Below, one piece after another: positions 18,226-28,207 of a DNA stretch of 32,000 bases. The position numbers were made by a program, and so were the translations under genes. The notes below the pieces were generated by a model. It was not told where the DNA came from. It saw only the letters and a list, made by a program, of their open reading frames with translations, and did no database searches. Source of the DNA: Candidatus Hadarchaeales archaeon (lineage in GTDB: Archaea > Hadarchaeota > Hadarchaeia > Hadarchaeales > Hadarchaeaceae); contig JAWBCC010000002.1 in the NCBI GenBank assembly GCA_038823825.1, forward strand, positions 180,001-212,000, in the 5' to 3' direction. The first letter of the stretch is position 1. Each line of letters starts with the position of its first letter.

Positions 18226-20013
18226 TTACATCACGCCGTAAGTTTTGTCTATTTTCTGCTTTATCGCGATTATCTCTTCCAGAACAGCCAATTCGTCGCC
18301 TGAGAGAAGGTCCTTCAGATCACTTTTTAGCCTGAGAACTTGTTCTGCAGGTATTTCTGTATATAGCACGTCACCCTCATCGAAGTTTCGTCCAACGATT
18401 CCCCCTTCGATGGAAACTGCCAGCTCATCCCCCATCTTCGCTTCAGAGAGCTGCTGTTTTTCCTTCTGGAGCTCTTTTATCCTTCCAACATGTTTACCAT
18501 CTTGGCGCATAACCGGAGATTTCGGCAGAAGAACTCCACCGAGAACGGAAATCCCAACGATCGCCGGTTCGCTCCTTCTAAAAACATAGCCAGCTTTAAC
18601 AACGAACTTGGCGGGTCTGACAAAACCCTCCAGTTGTTTTCTTTTTATTTCCTCTTTTTTCTTAGCACACCACTCATCGTACTTCTCAATCAGACGATAA
18701 ATCACGTTTTCTTCGATGATATCAACACCAAGGTTGAGCGCGGCTTCTCTCGCTTCCTCGAGAACTCTCACATTAAAAGCCAGAATTACTCCGAACAGCG
18801 GATGGGTCTGTTGAACTGATGATGCTTCGATTACATCCCTTCTCGAGACTTCTCCTATATCGGCAATTCTTATTGGAACGTTTTTCTGACCCAAAACATT
18901 TTCAATTGCTTCCAGAGATCCAAGCGCATCCGCTTTAACGACCAATCCAACGGTGTCCTTTCTTATCCTTATTTTTTCTATTTCCTGTTCGATCTCTTTC
19001 CAGACTTTTTCGGCTTCTTGAGGCGTAGACAGTCCAACAAAGGGCACACCTGCAATGGCATCTTCCAGACCAGGAGCCGCGATTTTTATACCAGCCGCCG
19101 CGTGAACCTCCTTCACACTTCTAAACTTGTCTTCCGGATCTCGGATCTCGTCGAGAGGTTTCGGTCTGAGAATTGCCCGAACCCTTGAGATTATCGGTCT
19201 GCCCACGCCACCAACTAAAAACCAGTCGCCAACCCGCAGACTGCCGTCATAGAGAATAACATCAAGCGTTTTTCCAAGCCCGATTTCCTCCTTCACTTCG
19301 AGAACGGTTCCTCGCGCATTCCCGGAGACCTCCAGTCTGAGATGCTCTTCCAAAAACCTTTGAGCCAGCCCGAAGAGAAGCGCCAGTAGCTCGGCTATTC
19401 CTTCTCCAGTCTTTGCGCTCACGGGAACTATACAAACTTGTCTTCGAAAATCCGTGATTCTATCAAACCGTTCCGACTCGAATCCGAGCTCTTGAAGCTT
19501 TCCAACGATTTCGTAGATTTTCTCGTCCAAAACCTGCAACGCGCGTGTCGTCTGCTTAGAACAGCTTTCAAGAAAACAAGGAGTATTAAAAGGTTGCCAT
19601 CCAGGAATCAGGTCGATTTTGTTTGCCGCCACAAGAAAAGGGGTTTTGTAACTTTTCAGGATAGTTATGGACTCAAGGGTTTGTGGCATAAAGCCTTCTC
19701 TGATGTCGATGACGAGCGTCACGAGATCGGCTAAAGCTCCTCCACGCTTTCTGAGATTTGTGAAAGCTTCATGTCCGGGAGTGTCTACAAAAAGGACTCC
19801 TGGCAGTTTCAGGTCGATCTTAAACTTTTTGAGTAGAGGTTCGCAGATTTTTTTCACGACATCTGCTGGAACCTCCGTTGCCCCCACGTGTTGCGTTATA
19901 GCTCCGGCCTCTCTGGCAGCCACAGAAGTTCCCCTTATCCTGTCCAGAAGTGTGGTTTTTCCATGGTCAACATGGCCGAGTACTGCTATGATTGGCTGTC
20001 TTATTTGTGGCAT
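18226..20013 (-). CDS. infB: Translation initiation factor IF-2 / aIF5B, no intein
   Basis: [85 protein letters not shown]. Confidence 0.97.
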   Translation of the reverse strand: MPQIRQPIIAVLGHVDHGKTTLLDRIRGTSVAAREAGAITQHVGATEVPADVVKKICEPLLKKFKIDLKLPGVLFVDTPGHEAFTNLRKRGGALADLVTLVIDIREGFMPQTLESITILKSYKTPFLVAANKIDLIPGWQPFNTPCFLESCSKQTTRALQVLDEKIYEIVGKLQELGFESERFDRITDFRRQVCIVPVSAKTGEGIAELLALLFGLAQRFLEEHLRLEVSGNARGTVLEVKEEIGLGKTLDVILYDGSLRVGDWFLVGGVGRPIISRVRAILRPKPLDEIRDPEDKFRSVKEVHAAAGIKIAAPGLEDAIAGVPFVGLSTPQEAEKVWKEIEQEIEKIRIRKDTVGLVVKADALGSLEAIENVLGQKNVPIRIADIGEVSRRDVIEASSVQQTHPLFGVILAFNVRVLEEAREAALNLGVDIIEENVIYRLIEKYDEWCAKKKEEIKRKQLEGFVRPAKFVVKAGYVFRRSEPAIVGISVLGGVLLPKSPVMRQDGKHVGRIKELQKEKQQLSEAKMGDELAVSIEGGIVGRNFDEGDVLYTEIPAEQVLRLKSDLKDLLSGDELAVLEEIIAIKQKIDKTYGVM

Positions 20014-20045
20014 GCATACCCAAAAAAATACTAGTTTCTATGTCC

Positions 20046-20459
20046 TCATAACTTTGGATTTTCCGGAAAAAGAAGGGATATTTCGTATCTCGCGGACTCT
20101 GGGGATTCGGAAGCGTGGACAACGTTTTCTCTTGTTGAGGTCCCGAAGTCGCCCCTTATGGTTCCTTTTGGCGCGTTTGATGGGTTGGTTGGACCGACTA
20201 GCTGACGAACAATCTGGATGGCGTTTTCCCCTTCAACGATCATCGCAACGATGTCTCCAGAAATCATGAAGTTGATAAGAGGCCCGAAAAAGTCCTTTCC
20301 ACGGTGAACCTCATAAAGAGCCTCAGCTTTCTCCCGCGTCAGACGCATTCTCTTTTCCTTCACGATTTTGAGCCCACTTTTTTCAATTCTTCTTTTGACT
20401 TCCTCAACCAAGCCACGCATGACACCATCTGGCTTTACTATCAGACATGTCCACTCCAT
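20046..20459 (-). CDS. ndk: Nucleoside diphosphate kinase
   Basis: TCLIVKPDGVMRGLVEEVKRRIE, GPTNPSNAPKGTIRGDFGTSTRENVVHASESPESARYEI. Confidence 0.97.
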   Translation of the reverse strand: MEWTCLIVKPDGVMRGLVEEVKRRIEKSGLKIVKEKRMRLTREKAEALYEVHRGKDFFGPLINFMISGDIVAMIVEGENAIQIVRQLVGPTNPSNAPKGTIRGDFGTSTRENVVHASESPESARYEISLLFPENPKL

Positions 20460-20469
20460 CTCTTCCGAA

Positions 20470-20484
20470 TTAACATTATGTTAA
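20470..20484. promoter_or_regulatory. Perfect 15-bp palindrome, possible operator upstream of ndk
   Basis: TTAACAT-T-ATGTTAA, immediately downstream (minus strand) of an AT-rich TATA-like AAATAAATATT (about 20489-20499); ndk ATG at 20459. Confidence 0.45.
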
Positions 20485-20526
20485 AGGAATATTTATTTTG
20501 AAAATCGGCTTGATTGTGTGGTTTAG

Positions 20527-20718
20527 TTATTGTTTCCCACGAGCCTTTATCGATTTCTCCGTCCATCTAACTTTCTGAGGCTTTCTCCCCAATTTATGAT
20601 TTCTTTCACATTTGCTTGAGCAGAAAAAGAGCACCATTCCATCATTTTTGACGAACATCACTCCAGTCCCTGGTTCGAGTTTCCCGCCGCAGAAGCTGCA
20701 TTTTCTGATAATAGGCAT
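20527..20718 (-). CDS. rpl24e: Ribosomal protein eL24
   Basis: [49 protein letters not shown]. Confidence 0.97.
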   Translation of the reverse strand: MPIIRKCSFCGGKLEPGTGVMFVKNDGMVLFFCSSKCERNHKLGRKPQKVRWTEKSIKARGKQ

Positions 20719-20719
20719 T

Positions 20720-20947
20720 TCACGGCACCTTTATCTCTCTAGCTTCTCTCTCCGTTTCTCTTAAAATCAGAATGTCTCCGATCTGCACGGGCCCCTTCAC
20801 ATTTCTTATTATAATCCTTCCTTTATCTCTCCCCTCAAGGATCCTGCATTTCACTTGTAGAATCTCACCAGTGACACCAGTTCTACCCCTTATCTCGATG
20901 ACCTCGGCCGGATAGCCGGGTCCCTCCTCCTCCGGCATCGCAATCAC
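20720..20947 (-). CDS. rps28e: Ribosomal protein eS28
   Basis: [61 protein letters not shown]. Start is GTG 20947 or ATG 20938. Confidence 0.95.
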   Translation of the reverse strand: MIAMPEEEGPGYPAEVIEIRGRTGVTGEILQVKCRILEGRDKGRIIIRNVKGPVQIGDILILRETEREAREIKVP

Positions 20948-21312
20948 TTCTTGATCTCTTTGATTTTTTCCAAGATTTCGCGGAGAAGACTATCGTCTCC
21001 AGGCTCCAACACAGCAACGGAAGCGGCTGCCACTTGTAACCCGGCGGCAGTTCCAAGGTCTTTCTTGTTAGGAACGTAGGTATACGGGATGTTCTTTTCC
21101 TCGCACAATGGTGGTAAGTGGGCAACGATTTCCGGTGGGTCAACATCCTCCGCTATTATCACAAGTTTTGGCTGCTTTCTCTCCACCGCTTTTGTAACCT
21201 CATTTGTTCCCCTTTTGATTTTTCCATTCTCCCGTGCTCTTTCGACTAATATGTAAGTCTTCTCCGCTAGGTCTTGCGGTACCTCAAACTTTACGTGGAT
21301 GGGTTTTGCCAT
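20944..21312 (-). CDS. rpl7ae: Ribosomal protein eL8/L7Ae
   Basis: [50 protein letters not shown]. Family start is the ATG at 21312 preceded by AAGGAGGTG. Confidence 0.97.
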   Translation of the reverse strand: MAKPIHVKFEVPQDLAEKTYILVERARENGKIKRGTNEVTKAVERKQPKLVIIAEDVDPPEIVAHLPPLCEEKNIPYTYVPNKKDLGTAAGLQVAAASVAVLEPGDDSLLREILEKIKEIKK

Positions 21313-21403
21313 TTTCGCACCTCCTTCAGGTTTCACCATCATCATTCATGGGCTCTTTCTTAAGGTTTTCTTCCAAGACTTAAAAAGTTTGTTTTGATCC
21401 AAA

Positions 21404-22927
21404 CTAGGCAACGGATTCGGAGTAATTCAAGACTTTAAGCTTTTCACCGACGATTTCACACGCTTTTTTAAGGACATCCCCCCACTTTCCATCGTCGAAA
21501 AGTATGATTTTTTCGTAATTTCCGGCATGCCTTTTTAAAAACTCTTTAACAGCCGTCATTGCGATCTCGAGACCCTCTGCATCCACCTCTGGCGGAATCT
21601 CGTTTTGCATGAGGGGAAAGATTTCCTCCAGATCCTCTGGCACCGGACCAAACGGGGGAAGGATTTTGACAACATAACTTGGTTCCTCAAGCTCATCTCT
21701 CTCAAATTTTTCAGTCAAGTAGAATGGTAGCAGCACAAGAACCTTTGCTGGTGGTGGAGAAATCCTTTTGATTCTCATATGATGTCTGACAACTTCTGGT
21801 CTGTGTGCCGATTCGGAACCGAGGTAGAAAAATGCGGATTTTTTTGTGGCTGGGTCAAATCTCTCCACGAAATCTTTGTATTTCAAAAATTTTCTCAATC
21901 CTTCAAGTAGTTTTGGATGCGCACGACATCTCTGCTGGATGAGGTCAAAAAGCCAACCCTCTGCAATTGCCTGTCTTATTCTTTTTATCTCCTCAAAAGT
22001 CACATACAGATTGTGACGAGTTAAAAAAAGCATTCTATCATTTTTCTCCATTTCTTTCAAATCTCGAGCGTTTAAATCTGAACACGCCGGGCAGCTGCAG
22101 GGCAAATGCTCTAGATTTTCAACTCTAATGGTTCCGTTCTCTGTCAGATATCTATCATCGCGGGCATAGAGCGCATAGGCTGCAGAATCAAACAAATCAC
22201 AGCCCATCGCCACTGCCAGTCCGAGAACCATTGGATGTCCCACGCCAAAAAGATGCACCGGTTTACCGAAGGGAAGGTTCATCTTCGCATTCATCGTCAG
22301 TTCAACAACCTCAGCAAATCTGTAGGTTTCGAGCAGTTCGACCGGACTGCCAATGGCATACACAGCGAAGTCGAGATCTGCCATTTTCCTTGCACACTCC
22401 CTCACGAGATCTGTAAAGAGTCCACCCTGAACGGGACAACACCAAAGAATGTCGTCTCGGCTCTTGATTTTCATCAATTGTTCGGCTCTTTCAATTGTGA
22501 TTTTCACGGTTTCCTCAGCCATTCTTCTCGTCGCATTTGCACCGGTCGGAACGTCTAGAATTGTTGCGATGTCGCTTCCAATCGCCTCCTGATATCTGAC
22601 GATCTCTTCCTGTGTTGTATCGATGACGCCATATCTCAAAATCTGATAGCCCCCGCTGTCCGTCATTATCGGTCCATCGTAACCGATTACTTTGTGAACA
22701 CCCAACTCTGCGGCTTTCTCTCCGTAATGTTTTTTCATGAGATAGGCATTTGTTATGAAAATCTCTGCTCCACATTTTACCATCTCAGAGGGAGACAGAA
22801 AGATGTCGATGGGATTTATGACAGGCATGAGGGAAGGTGTCACGACCTTCCCATGTCTAGTGTAAAATTTGCCTATCCTTGCCAGCCCATCTCGTTGTAT
22901 GATCTCAAAGCATCCAATCTCGCTCAT
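21404..22927 (-). CDS. tgtA: Archaeal tRNA-guanine (archaeosine) transglycosylase, apparently without C-terminal PUA domain
   Basis: GPIMTDSGGYQILRYG, CCPVQGG, YAIGSPVELLETY, zinc site CSCPACSDLNARDLKEMEKNDRMLFLTRHNL. 507 aa. Confidence 0.93.
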   Translation of the reverse strand: MSEIGCFEIIQRDGLARIGKFYTRHGKVVTPSLMPVINPIDIFLSPSEMVKCGAEIFITNAYLMKKHYGEKAAELGVHKVIGYDGPIMTDSGGYQILRYGVIDTTQEEIVRYQEAIGSDIATILDVPTGANATRRMAEETVKITIERAEQLMKIKSRDDILWCCPVQGGLFTDLVRECARKMADLDFAVYAIGSPVELLETYRFAEVVELTMNAKMNLPFGKPVHLFGVGHPMVLGLAVAMGCDLFDSAAYALYARDDRYLTENGTIRVENLEHLPCSCPACSDLNARDLKEMEKNDRMLFLTRHNLYVTFEEIKRIRQAIAEGWLFDLIQQRCRAHPKLLEGLRKFLKYKDFVERFDPATKKSAFFYLGSESAHRPEVVRHHMRIKRISPPPAKVLVLLPFYLTEKFERDELEEPSYVVKILPPFGPVPEDLEEIFPLMQNEIPPEVDAEGLEIAMTAVKEFLKRHAGNYEKIILFDDGKWGDVLKKACEIVGEKLKVLNYSESVA

Positions 22928-22963
22928 CTAGCACCCTAAATTATCTGAGTTTGTGAAGAAAAA

Positions 22964-24175
22964 TCAGCACACGGAGTATTTACCTTCAGCCAGCTCCATG
23001 CAGAACTCTTTTATATTGTCGAGCTCTGACTCGATGACGTCAACGATTTTCTCTCTGATGTCTGAGATGGAGACTCCTCTATCCGGGATTACCCTGGCGG
23101 CTGCAAGCGCTGGCAGGTTGATTGGTTTTCCAATTTGGCTCACCAGCCAGACGTAAACCTCTTTCAATCCGTTAATCTTCTCATATATCTCCCCAGCGAT
23201 TTTGTGGGTAAGTATGTTGTAAATCTTTCCGACATGGCTAACAGGATTTTTGCCGGCCGCTGCCTCTGATCCAACGTGTCGGTTTAACGGAATCACACCA
23301 TTTGGTCTGTTTCCCCTGCCGACTTGCCCCGAGTCTGCTCCATCCGCGCTGGTTCCTAAGACTGTTAGATATATCCCGTCGACGCCCCTTCCAGGCACGT
23401 CCAGTGTGTTAAGTTTGATGTCGAACTTGAGATCAGTTTTTTCTGTCACAAATTTTTTAACTTCTTCGAAAACCTCCTCTTTTCTCCTGAAATACTCTTG
23501 TTCGATTTCGATGAATCTGTCAACGAAGGCGGCCCCTATAGTCAGGGAAAGGTTGTTGTTTATTCTGAACCCCATAACCTTTATATCTTCTCCAACCTCG
23601 GGAAACTCTTTCTTGAATTTTTTAGAATTCATGAAGCGTTCGACTTCGAGGACTATCTTTTCCGTTCTAGTCATAGGGGCGTAACCAACCGCCGCAGAGG
23701 TGTCGTTTGCGCTCAGAACCTCACCGCCCCTTCTGAATATGTCAGTCAGAGCAGCGGAACCAGGTTTGAACTCGACTTGATATCTGATGTGTTTTTCTGG
23801 ATCAACAAATCTCAGATTTTCTTTTATCCATTTCTTGGCGGCTTCTATTGCGATTTCTTTGACCGGTATGATCTCATCTCCTACTCTATCCGTGGCTCTA
23901 TCTCCGAATATCAAGAGCATTGGCCGCTTGATGGTTCCCCCTCCAAATCTTGTCTCCACCTCTCCAGCAACTAGGAGAGACTTGTCAGCGTTGTGATGAA
24001 GGATTGTGTTAAATCTTCTGAGGTATTCTCTGCTCAGCTCGACAGATACTCTATCGAGTATGGCATCACAAATCGTGTCCGGATGACCGATTCCTTTTCT
24101 CTCCACGATTTCCAGCTTTTGTTCCTCAAGTGGCTCCTGTTTGAATTCCTCAACTATTATGTTTCTCGCGCTCAT
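22964..24175 (-). CDS. mat: Archaeal-type S-adenosylmethionine synthetase
   Basis: EIVERKGIGHPDTICDAILDRVSVELS, HHNADKSLLVAGEVETRFGGG, GTSADGADSGQVGRGNRPNGVIPLNRHVGSEAAAGKNPVSHVGKIYN. Confidence 0.97.
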   Translation of the reverse strand: MSARNIIVEEFKQEPLEEQKLEIVERKGIGHPDTICDAILDRVSVELSREYLRRFNTILHHNADKSLLVAGEVETRFGGGTIKRPMLLIFGDRATDRVGDEIIPVKEIAIEAAKKWIKENLRFVDPEKHIRYQVEFKPGSAALTDIFRRGGEVLSANDTSAAVGYAPMTRTEKIVLEVERFMNSKKFKKEFPEVGEDIKVMGFRINNNLSLTIGAAFVDRFIEIEQEYFRRKEEVFEEVKKFVTEKTDLKFDIKLNTLDVPGRGVDGIYLTVLGTSADGADSGQVGRGNRPNGVIPLNRHVGSEAAAGKNPVSHVGKIYNILTHKIAGEIYEKINGLKEVYVWLVSQIGKPINLPALAAARVIPDRGVSISDIREKIVDVIESELDNIKEFCMELAEGKYSVC

Positions 24176-24200
24176 GCCCCCCGTCTTTTCTTTTTTTGCC

Positions 24201-24217
24201 CTTATTAAATCTTATTA
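24201..24217. promoter_or_regulatory. Shared AT-rich divergent promoter with a 10-bp-phased direct repeat
   Basis: CTTATTA (24201-24207) AAT CTTATTA (24211-24217) between divergent mat (ATG 24175) and the HTH-CBS gene (ATG 24238). Confidence 0.35.
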
Positions 24218-24237
24218 CAAAAATAACTGGGGAGAAT

Positions 24238-24804
24238 ATGCCGATTCTAACACCAGAAGAGATAAAACGGATGAGGAAAAAACTCAGGATAACTCAACTA
24301 GAGCTGGCTAGACTTGCCGGAGTTTCTCAGGCATACATAGCGAAGATAGAAGGAGGGAAAGCGGATCCAAAATTTTCAGCCCTTCAAAAAATTGCACGGG
24401 CTCTTGAGTCTGTCAGCAGCGGGGTTTCTAAATCGGCGAAAGAAATAGCAACGATTCCCGTAATCTCCGTTAGACCATCCGATAGAGTGAGTAAGGCAAT
24501 AAAGCTGATGGAAAAGAAGGGAATTTCTCAGCTTCCCGTGATCGAAAAAGGGAAGCAACTAGGCTCGATATCGGAGGGGATTGTTCTCAGGCTTCTCTCT
24601 TCGAGTTCCAATCCCCTTTCAATCCTGAGCAAAAGGATTTCTTCTATAATGGGTGAGCCATTCCCAATTGTTGATTCATCTGTTCCAGTCACTTCTGTTA
24701 TTTCTCTTCTTGAACACAGCCCAGCGGTACTAACGGCGGAGAGGGATAAAATAGTTGGGATAATAACTAAGGCAGACCTCTTTAAACTTTTGACGAGAAC
24801 GTGA
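24238..24804 (+). CDS. HTH (XRE) transcriptional regulator with CBS domain pair
   Basis: MRKKLRITQLELARLAGVSQAYIAKIEGGKADPKFSALQKIARAL, then VRPSDRVSKAIKLMEKKGISQLPVIEKGKQLGSISE and a second CBS-like repeat. ATG at 24238 has GGGGAG upstream. Confidence 0.92.
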   Translation: MPILTPEEIKRMRKKLRITQLELARLAGVSQAYIAKIEGGKADPKFSALQKIARALESVSSGVSKSAKEIATIPVISVRPSDRVSKAIKLMEKKGISQLPVIEKGKQLGSISEGIVLRLLSSSSNPLSILSKRISSIMGEPFPIVDSSVPVTSVISLLEHSPAVLTAERDKIVGIITKADLFKLLTRT

Positions 24805-25526
24805 ATGTGATGGAAGTAGATGAGCTGAAAGAGCGCGCAATGAAGTGGGTCCTGGGTGAAATCGCCTTTTCCCCAGATCTTCCGAATAGTCTGCGCACTT
24901 GGAGGGAAAGGTTTGGGATTGGGCAAGCCGAGCTGGCTAAAAGGTTAGGAATCACACCCTCCGTCATAAGCGACTACGAGTCTGGCCGCAGAAAATCTCC
25001 AGGTCTTCCAATGATAAGGAAAATCGTGGAGGCTTTCTTTGCCATAGACGAGGAAAGAGGAAACGTGATGTTAAAGAGTCTCTCCCACCTCTTCAAAGGG
25101 AGATTTTCATCGAATGTGGTTCTAGAGATAAAGGAGTATTCTAAGCCGATCGAGGCGCGTGAGATTGTTGAGGCAGTGAAAGGAGAAGTTTTTGCGAATG
25201 AAGATCTGCTTGGACAGAAGATATTCGGACATACGGTAATCGACAGCATACAGGCGATTCTCTCGCTTTCACCGGACGAGTTCCGTTATCTATATGGATT
25301 GAGCACAGAGCGAGCACTCGCTTTCACACAAGTCTCAACCGGACGGTCTCCAATGGTCGCGGTGAAGGTTATCGGCATAACTCCAAGTCTCATCGTTCTT
25401 CACGGATCTCTCAAACAGCCCGACGAGCTTGCCATCAGGATAGCGCAGACTCTAAGAATTCCTCTCGTAGTTTCCCGTCTGTCAACCACGGAAGATTTGA
25501 TAAAAGCATTCAGAAGCCTGAAATAG
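24801..25526 (+). CDS. HTH (XRE) transcriptional regulator with a conserved C-terminal domain, linked to mevalonate genes
   Basis: WRERFGIGQAELAKRLGITPSVISDYESGRRKSPGLPMIRKIVEAF. GTG 24801 overlaps the upstream stop; ATG 24810 is an alternative. Confidence 0.88.
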   Translation: MNVMEVDELKERAMKWVLGEIAFSPDLPNSLRTWRERFGIGQAELAKRLGITPSVISDYESGRRKSPGLPMIRKIVEAFFAIDEERGNVMLKSLSHLFKGRFSSNVVLEIKEYSKPIEAREIVEAVKGEVFANEDLLGQKIFGHTVIDSIQAILSLSPDEFRYLYGLSTERALAFTQVSTGRSPMVAVKVIGITPSLIVLHGSLKQPDELAIRIAQTLRIPLVVSRLSTTEDLIKAFRSLK

Positions 25527-25596
25527 TCGACAAGTGTCGAAAGGGCAAACGTCAACAGGCAAAATTTTAAAAGCCGTGAGTTTTTTACCTTAACCG

Positions 25597-26652
25597 ATGA
25601 GCCATCTAGGAGTGGGAATAACGGGCTATGGAGTCTACATACCGCGCTATCGCATAAAGGTGGAGGAAATCGCGAGCGTCTGGGGTGCAGACGCGTCTCA
25701 AATAAAGAGAAGTCTTTTGCTTGAAGAAAAATCGGTTCCCGGGCCAGACGAAGACACGGCAACAATTGCGGTTGAGGCTGCTAGAAATGCTGTCGCCAGA
25801 GCCGGGATAAATCCAAGAGAAATAGGTGCGATTTATGTGGGTTCTGAATCGCATCCTTATGCGGTGAAGCCAACGGCGACAATCGTCGCAGAGGCGATAG
25901 AGGCTACTCCAAACTTAACTGCCGCCGATTGGGAATTCGCATGTAAGGCCGGGACAGCAGCGATGCAAGCGTGCATAGGCTTGGTGAAGAGCAGCATCAT
26001 AAAATATGGTATGGCTATTGGTGCGGACACTGCGCAAGGAGCTCCGGGTGATGCTCTTGAGTACACTGCTGCAGCAGGAGGGGCAGCGTTCATCATAGGA
26101 CCAGCTAACGGGGAAACTATAGCAGTCTTTGAAGGGACTTTCTCGTTTACAACTGATACACCGGATTTTTGGCGTAGGAACATGAGACCATACCCGAGAC
26201 ATGCCGGCAGATTTACAGGAAGACCCGCATATTTCAAACATGTTATTTCGGCGGCGAACGGACTCCTCCGCAGTCTTAAGCTCACACCTCAAGATTTCAC
26301 TTACGCTGTCTTCCATCAGCCGAACGGAAAGTTCCCACTTCAGGCGGCAGAGGAGCTAGGTTTTGATAAAAAACAAGTTATGCCTGGTCTTCTGACCCCT
26401 AAAATAGGTAACACTTACTCTGGGGCCTCAATGCTGGGGCTGGCGGCGGTTCTAGATCAAGCAAAGCCGGGCGAGAGAATTCTTGTTGTTTCTTTCGGAT
26501 CCGGAGCCGGAAGCGATGCGTTCAGCATCGTTGTTACGGACGCGATCGATAGGAAGAGAGAGCTTGCGCCAAGCGTTGCATATTATCTCGAAAGAAAGAA
26601 ATATGTGAGCTATGCTATGTATTTAAAGTTCAGGAGGTTGCTGCTGAGATGA
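25597..26652 (+). CDS. Hydroxymethylglutaryl-CoA synthase (archaeal mevalonate pathway)
   Basis: [83 protein letters not shown]. Confidence 0.95.
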   Translation: MSHLGVGITGYGVYIPRYRIKVEEIASVWGADASQIKRSLLLEEKSVPGPDEDTATIAVEAARNAVARAGINPREIGAIYVGSESHPYAVKPTATIVAEAIEATPNLTAADWEFACKAGTAAMQACIGLVKSSIIKYGMAIGADTAQGAPGDALEYTAAAGGAAFIIGPANGETIAVFEGTFSFTTDTPDFWRRNMRPYPRHAGRFTGRPAYFKHVISAANGLLRSLKLTPQDFTYAVFHQPNGKFPLQAAEELGFDKKQVMPGLLTPKIGNTYSGASMLGLAAVLDQAKPGERILVVSFGSGAGSDAFSIVVTDAIDRKRELAPSVAYYLERKKYVSYAMYLKFRRLLLR

Positions 26653-27812
26653 GAAAGGTTGCGGTAATCGGTGTTGGACTGACGAAGTTTGGCGAGCTTT
26701 GGGATGTTTCATTCCGTGAAATGATGCTTGAGGCCGGCATAAGGGCTATCGAGGACGCCGGAATAGATGGAAAGCTCATAGACGGGATTTATGTCGGAAA
26801 CATGTCTGGAGGTCAGTTTATCCAGCAAGAACACATAGCATCTCTTGTCGCGGATCATGCCGGTCTTTGTCCGATTCCCTCCACAAGGGTTGAGGCGGCA
26901 TGCGCGTCAGGTGGTCTTGCCTTTAGGCAGGCTGTTATGGCCGTCGCGTCCGGATTCCATGACTTCGTTGTTGCCGCAGGTATAGAGAAAATGACGGATT
27001 TGCTGACCGCCGAAGTTGTTGGAGCGCTTGCCACAGCAGCGGATCAGGAGTGGGAGGTGTATCAAGGTGTAACCTTTCCCGCCCTTTACGCTTTGATGGC
27101 CAGACGTCACATGTATGAGTTCGGAACAACAGAAGAGCAAATGGCAATGGTGGCTGTAAAAAATCACGCCAACGCATGTTTAAACCCGTGTGCTCAATAT
27201 CATACAAAAGTAAGTGTAGAGGCCGTGCTGAAATCTCCTCCAGTCGCCACTCCTCTGAAACTTCTCGATTGTTCCCCGATAACGGATGGCGCAGCCTGCG
27301 TGATTCTTGCGCCCCTTGAGAGAGCCCGCGAGTTTACGGATATTCCGATAGTCGTTGCCGGAAGTGGTCAGAGCAGTGACAGGATATCCCTACACAGTAG
27401 GGAGTCTCTCACTGGTCTGAAAGCCACGACGGAGGCGGCGAGAATGGCGTACAAAATGGCCGGAATAGAGCCCGAGGATGTCGATTTGGCCGAAGTCCAC
27501 GACTGCTTTACAATTGCGGAAATAATGGCGATCGAAGATCTCGGCTTCTGTAAGAAAGGAGAAGGTGGAAAATTCACGGAGGAAGGAGTCACGCAGATTG
27601 GAGGGAAAATACCGGTAAACCCGAGCGGTGGTCTGAAGGGAAAGGGACATCCAGTGGGGGCTACAGGTGTTGCCCAAATAGTTGAAGCAGTTCTACAGCT
27701 TAGAGGAGAAGCTGGAAAAAGACAAGTAGATGGTGCGGAAATTGCCTTGACACATAACGTTGGAGGATCTGGGGGAACAGCTGTGGTTCACATACTGAGG
27801 AGGGGTGACTGA
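26649..27812 (+). CDS. Thiolase family protein (acetyl-CoA C-acetyltransferase)
   Basis: [15 protein letters not shown] catalytic Cys, [56 protein letters not shown]. Confidence 0.95.
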   Translation: MRKVAVIGVGLTKFGELWDVSFREMMLEAGIRAIEDAGIDGKLIDGIYVGNMSGGQFIQQEHIASLVADHAGLCPIPSTRVEAACASGGLAFRQAVMAVASGFHDFVVAAGIEKMTDLLTAEVVGALATAADQEWEVYQGVTFPALYALMARRHMYEFGTTEEQMAMVAVKNHANACLNPCAQYHTKVSVEAVLKSPPVATPLKLLDCSPITDGAACVILAPLERAREFTDIPIVVAGSGQSSDRISLHSRESLTGLKATTEAARMAYKMAGIEPEDVDLAEVHDCFTIAEIMAIEDLGFCKKGEGGKFTEEGVTQIGGKIPVNPSGGLKGKGHPVGATGVAQIVEAVLQLRGEAGKRQVDGAEIALTHNVGGSGGTAVVHILRRGD

Positions 27813-28207
27813 TGGCAGTAGCTAGATTTTGGAGAGAAATTCCTAGCAGGTACAATCTGATTGGTGTCAAATGTCTCAACTGCAATAAGGTAATTTTCCC
27901 ACCTCGTTCGATATGTCCATATTGCAGGAGAACGGGTAAGCTGGAACCATATAAGCTCAGCAGAAGAGGAAAAATCCTGAGTTATACAGTCGTTTACAGC
28001 GCCGCAGAAGGTTTTGAGGATCAAGTCCCTTACGTGCTTGCGATTGTGGAGCTCGAAGATGGACCAAGAATAACCGCACAGGTTACAGATTGTGATCCCT
28101 CTGAAGTCCGTATAGGAGACGAAGTCGAAGTGGTTTTTAGAAAAATGAGGGAAGAGGGAGAAGACGGCGTCATATATTACGGTTATAAGGTAAGGCGAGT
28201 GCTTTAG
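27812..28207 (+). CDS. DUF35 Zn-ribbon/OB-fold acyl-CoA-associated protein
   Basis: GVKCLNCNKVIFPPRSICPYCRR zinc ribbon then GKILSYTVVYSAAEGFEDQVPYVLAIVELEDGPRITAQV OB fold. Confidence 0.94.
   Translation: MAVARFWREIPSRYNLIGVKCLNCNKVIFPPRSICPYCRRTGKLEPYKLSRRGKILSYTVVYSAAEGFEDQVPYVLAIVELEDGPRITAQVTDCDPSEVRIGDEVEVVFRKMREEGEDGVIYYGYKVRRVL

Noticed and set aside
19667-20269. 200-aa plus-strand ORF antisense to aIF5B and ndk
   Set aside because: It spans two well-supported genes and their gap on the opposite strand; low-complexity Ser/Arg/Leu-rich translation typical of spurious antisense ORFs.
23250-23974. 144-aa and 158-aa plus-strand ORFs antisense to MAT
   Set aside because: They overlap each other and the strongly supported MAT gene; no family resemblance.
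25857-27207. Minus-strand ORFs (142, 133, 86, 90, 95 aa) antisense to HMGS/thiolase
   Set aside because: Shadow ORFs of conserved enzymes; no coupling, ribosome-binding sites or recognisable domains.
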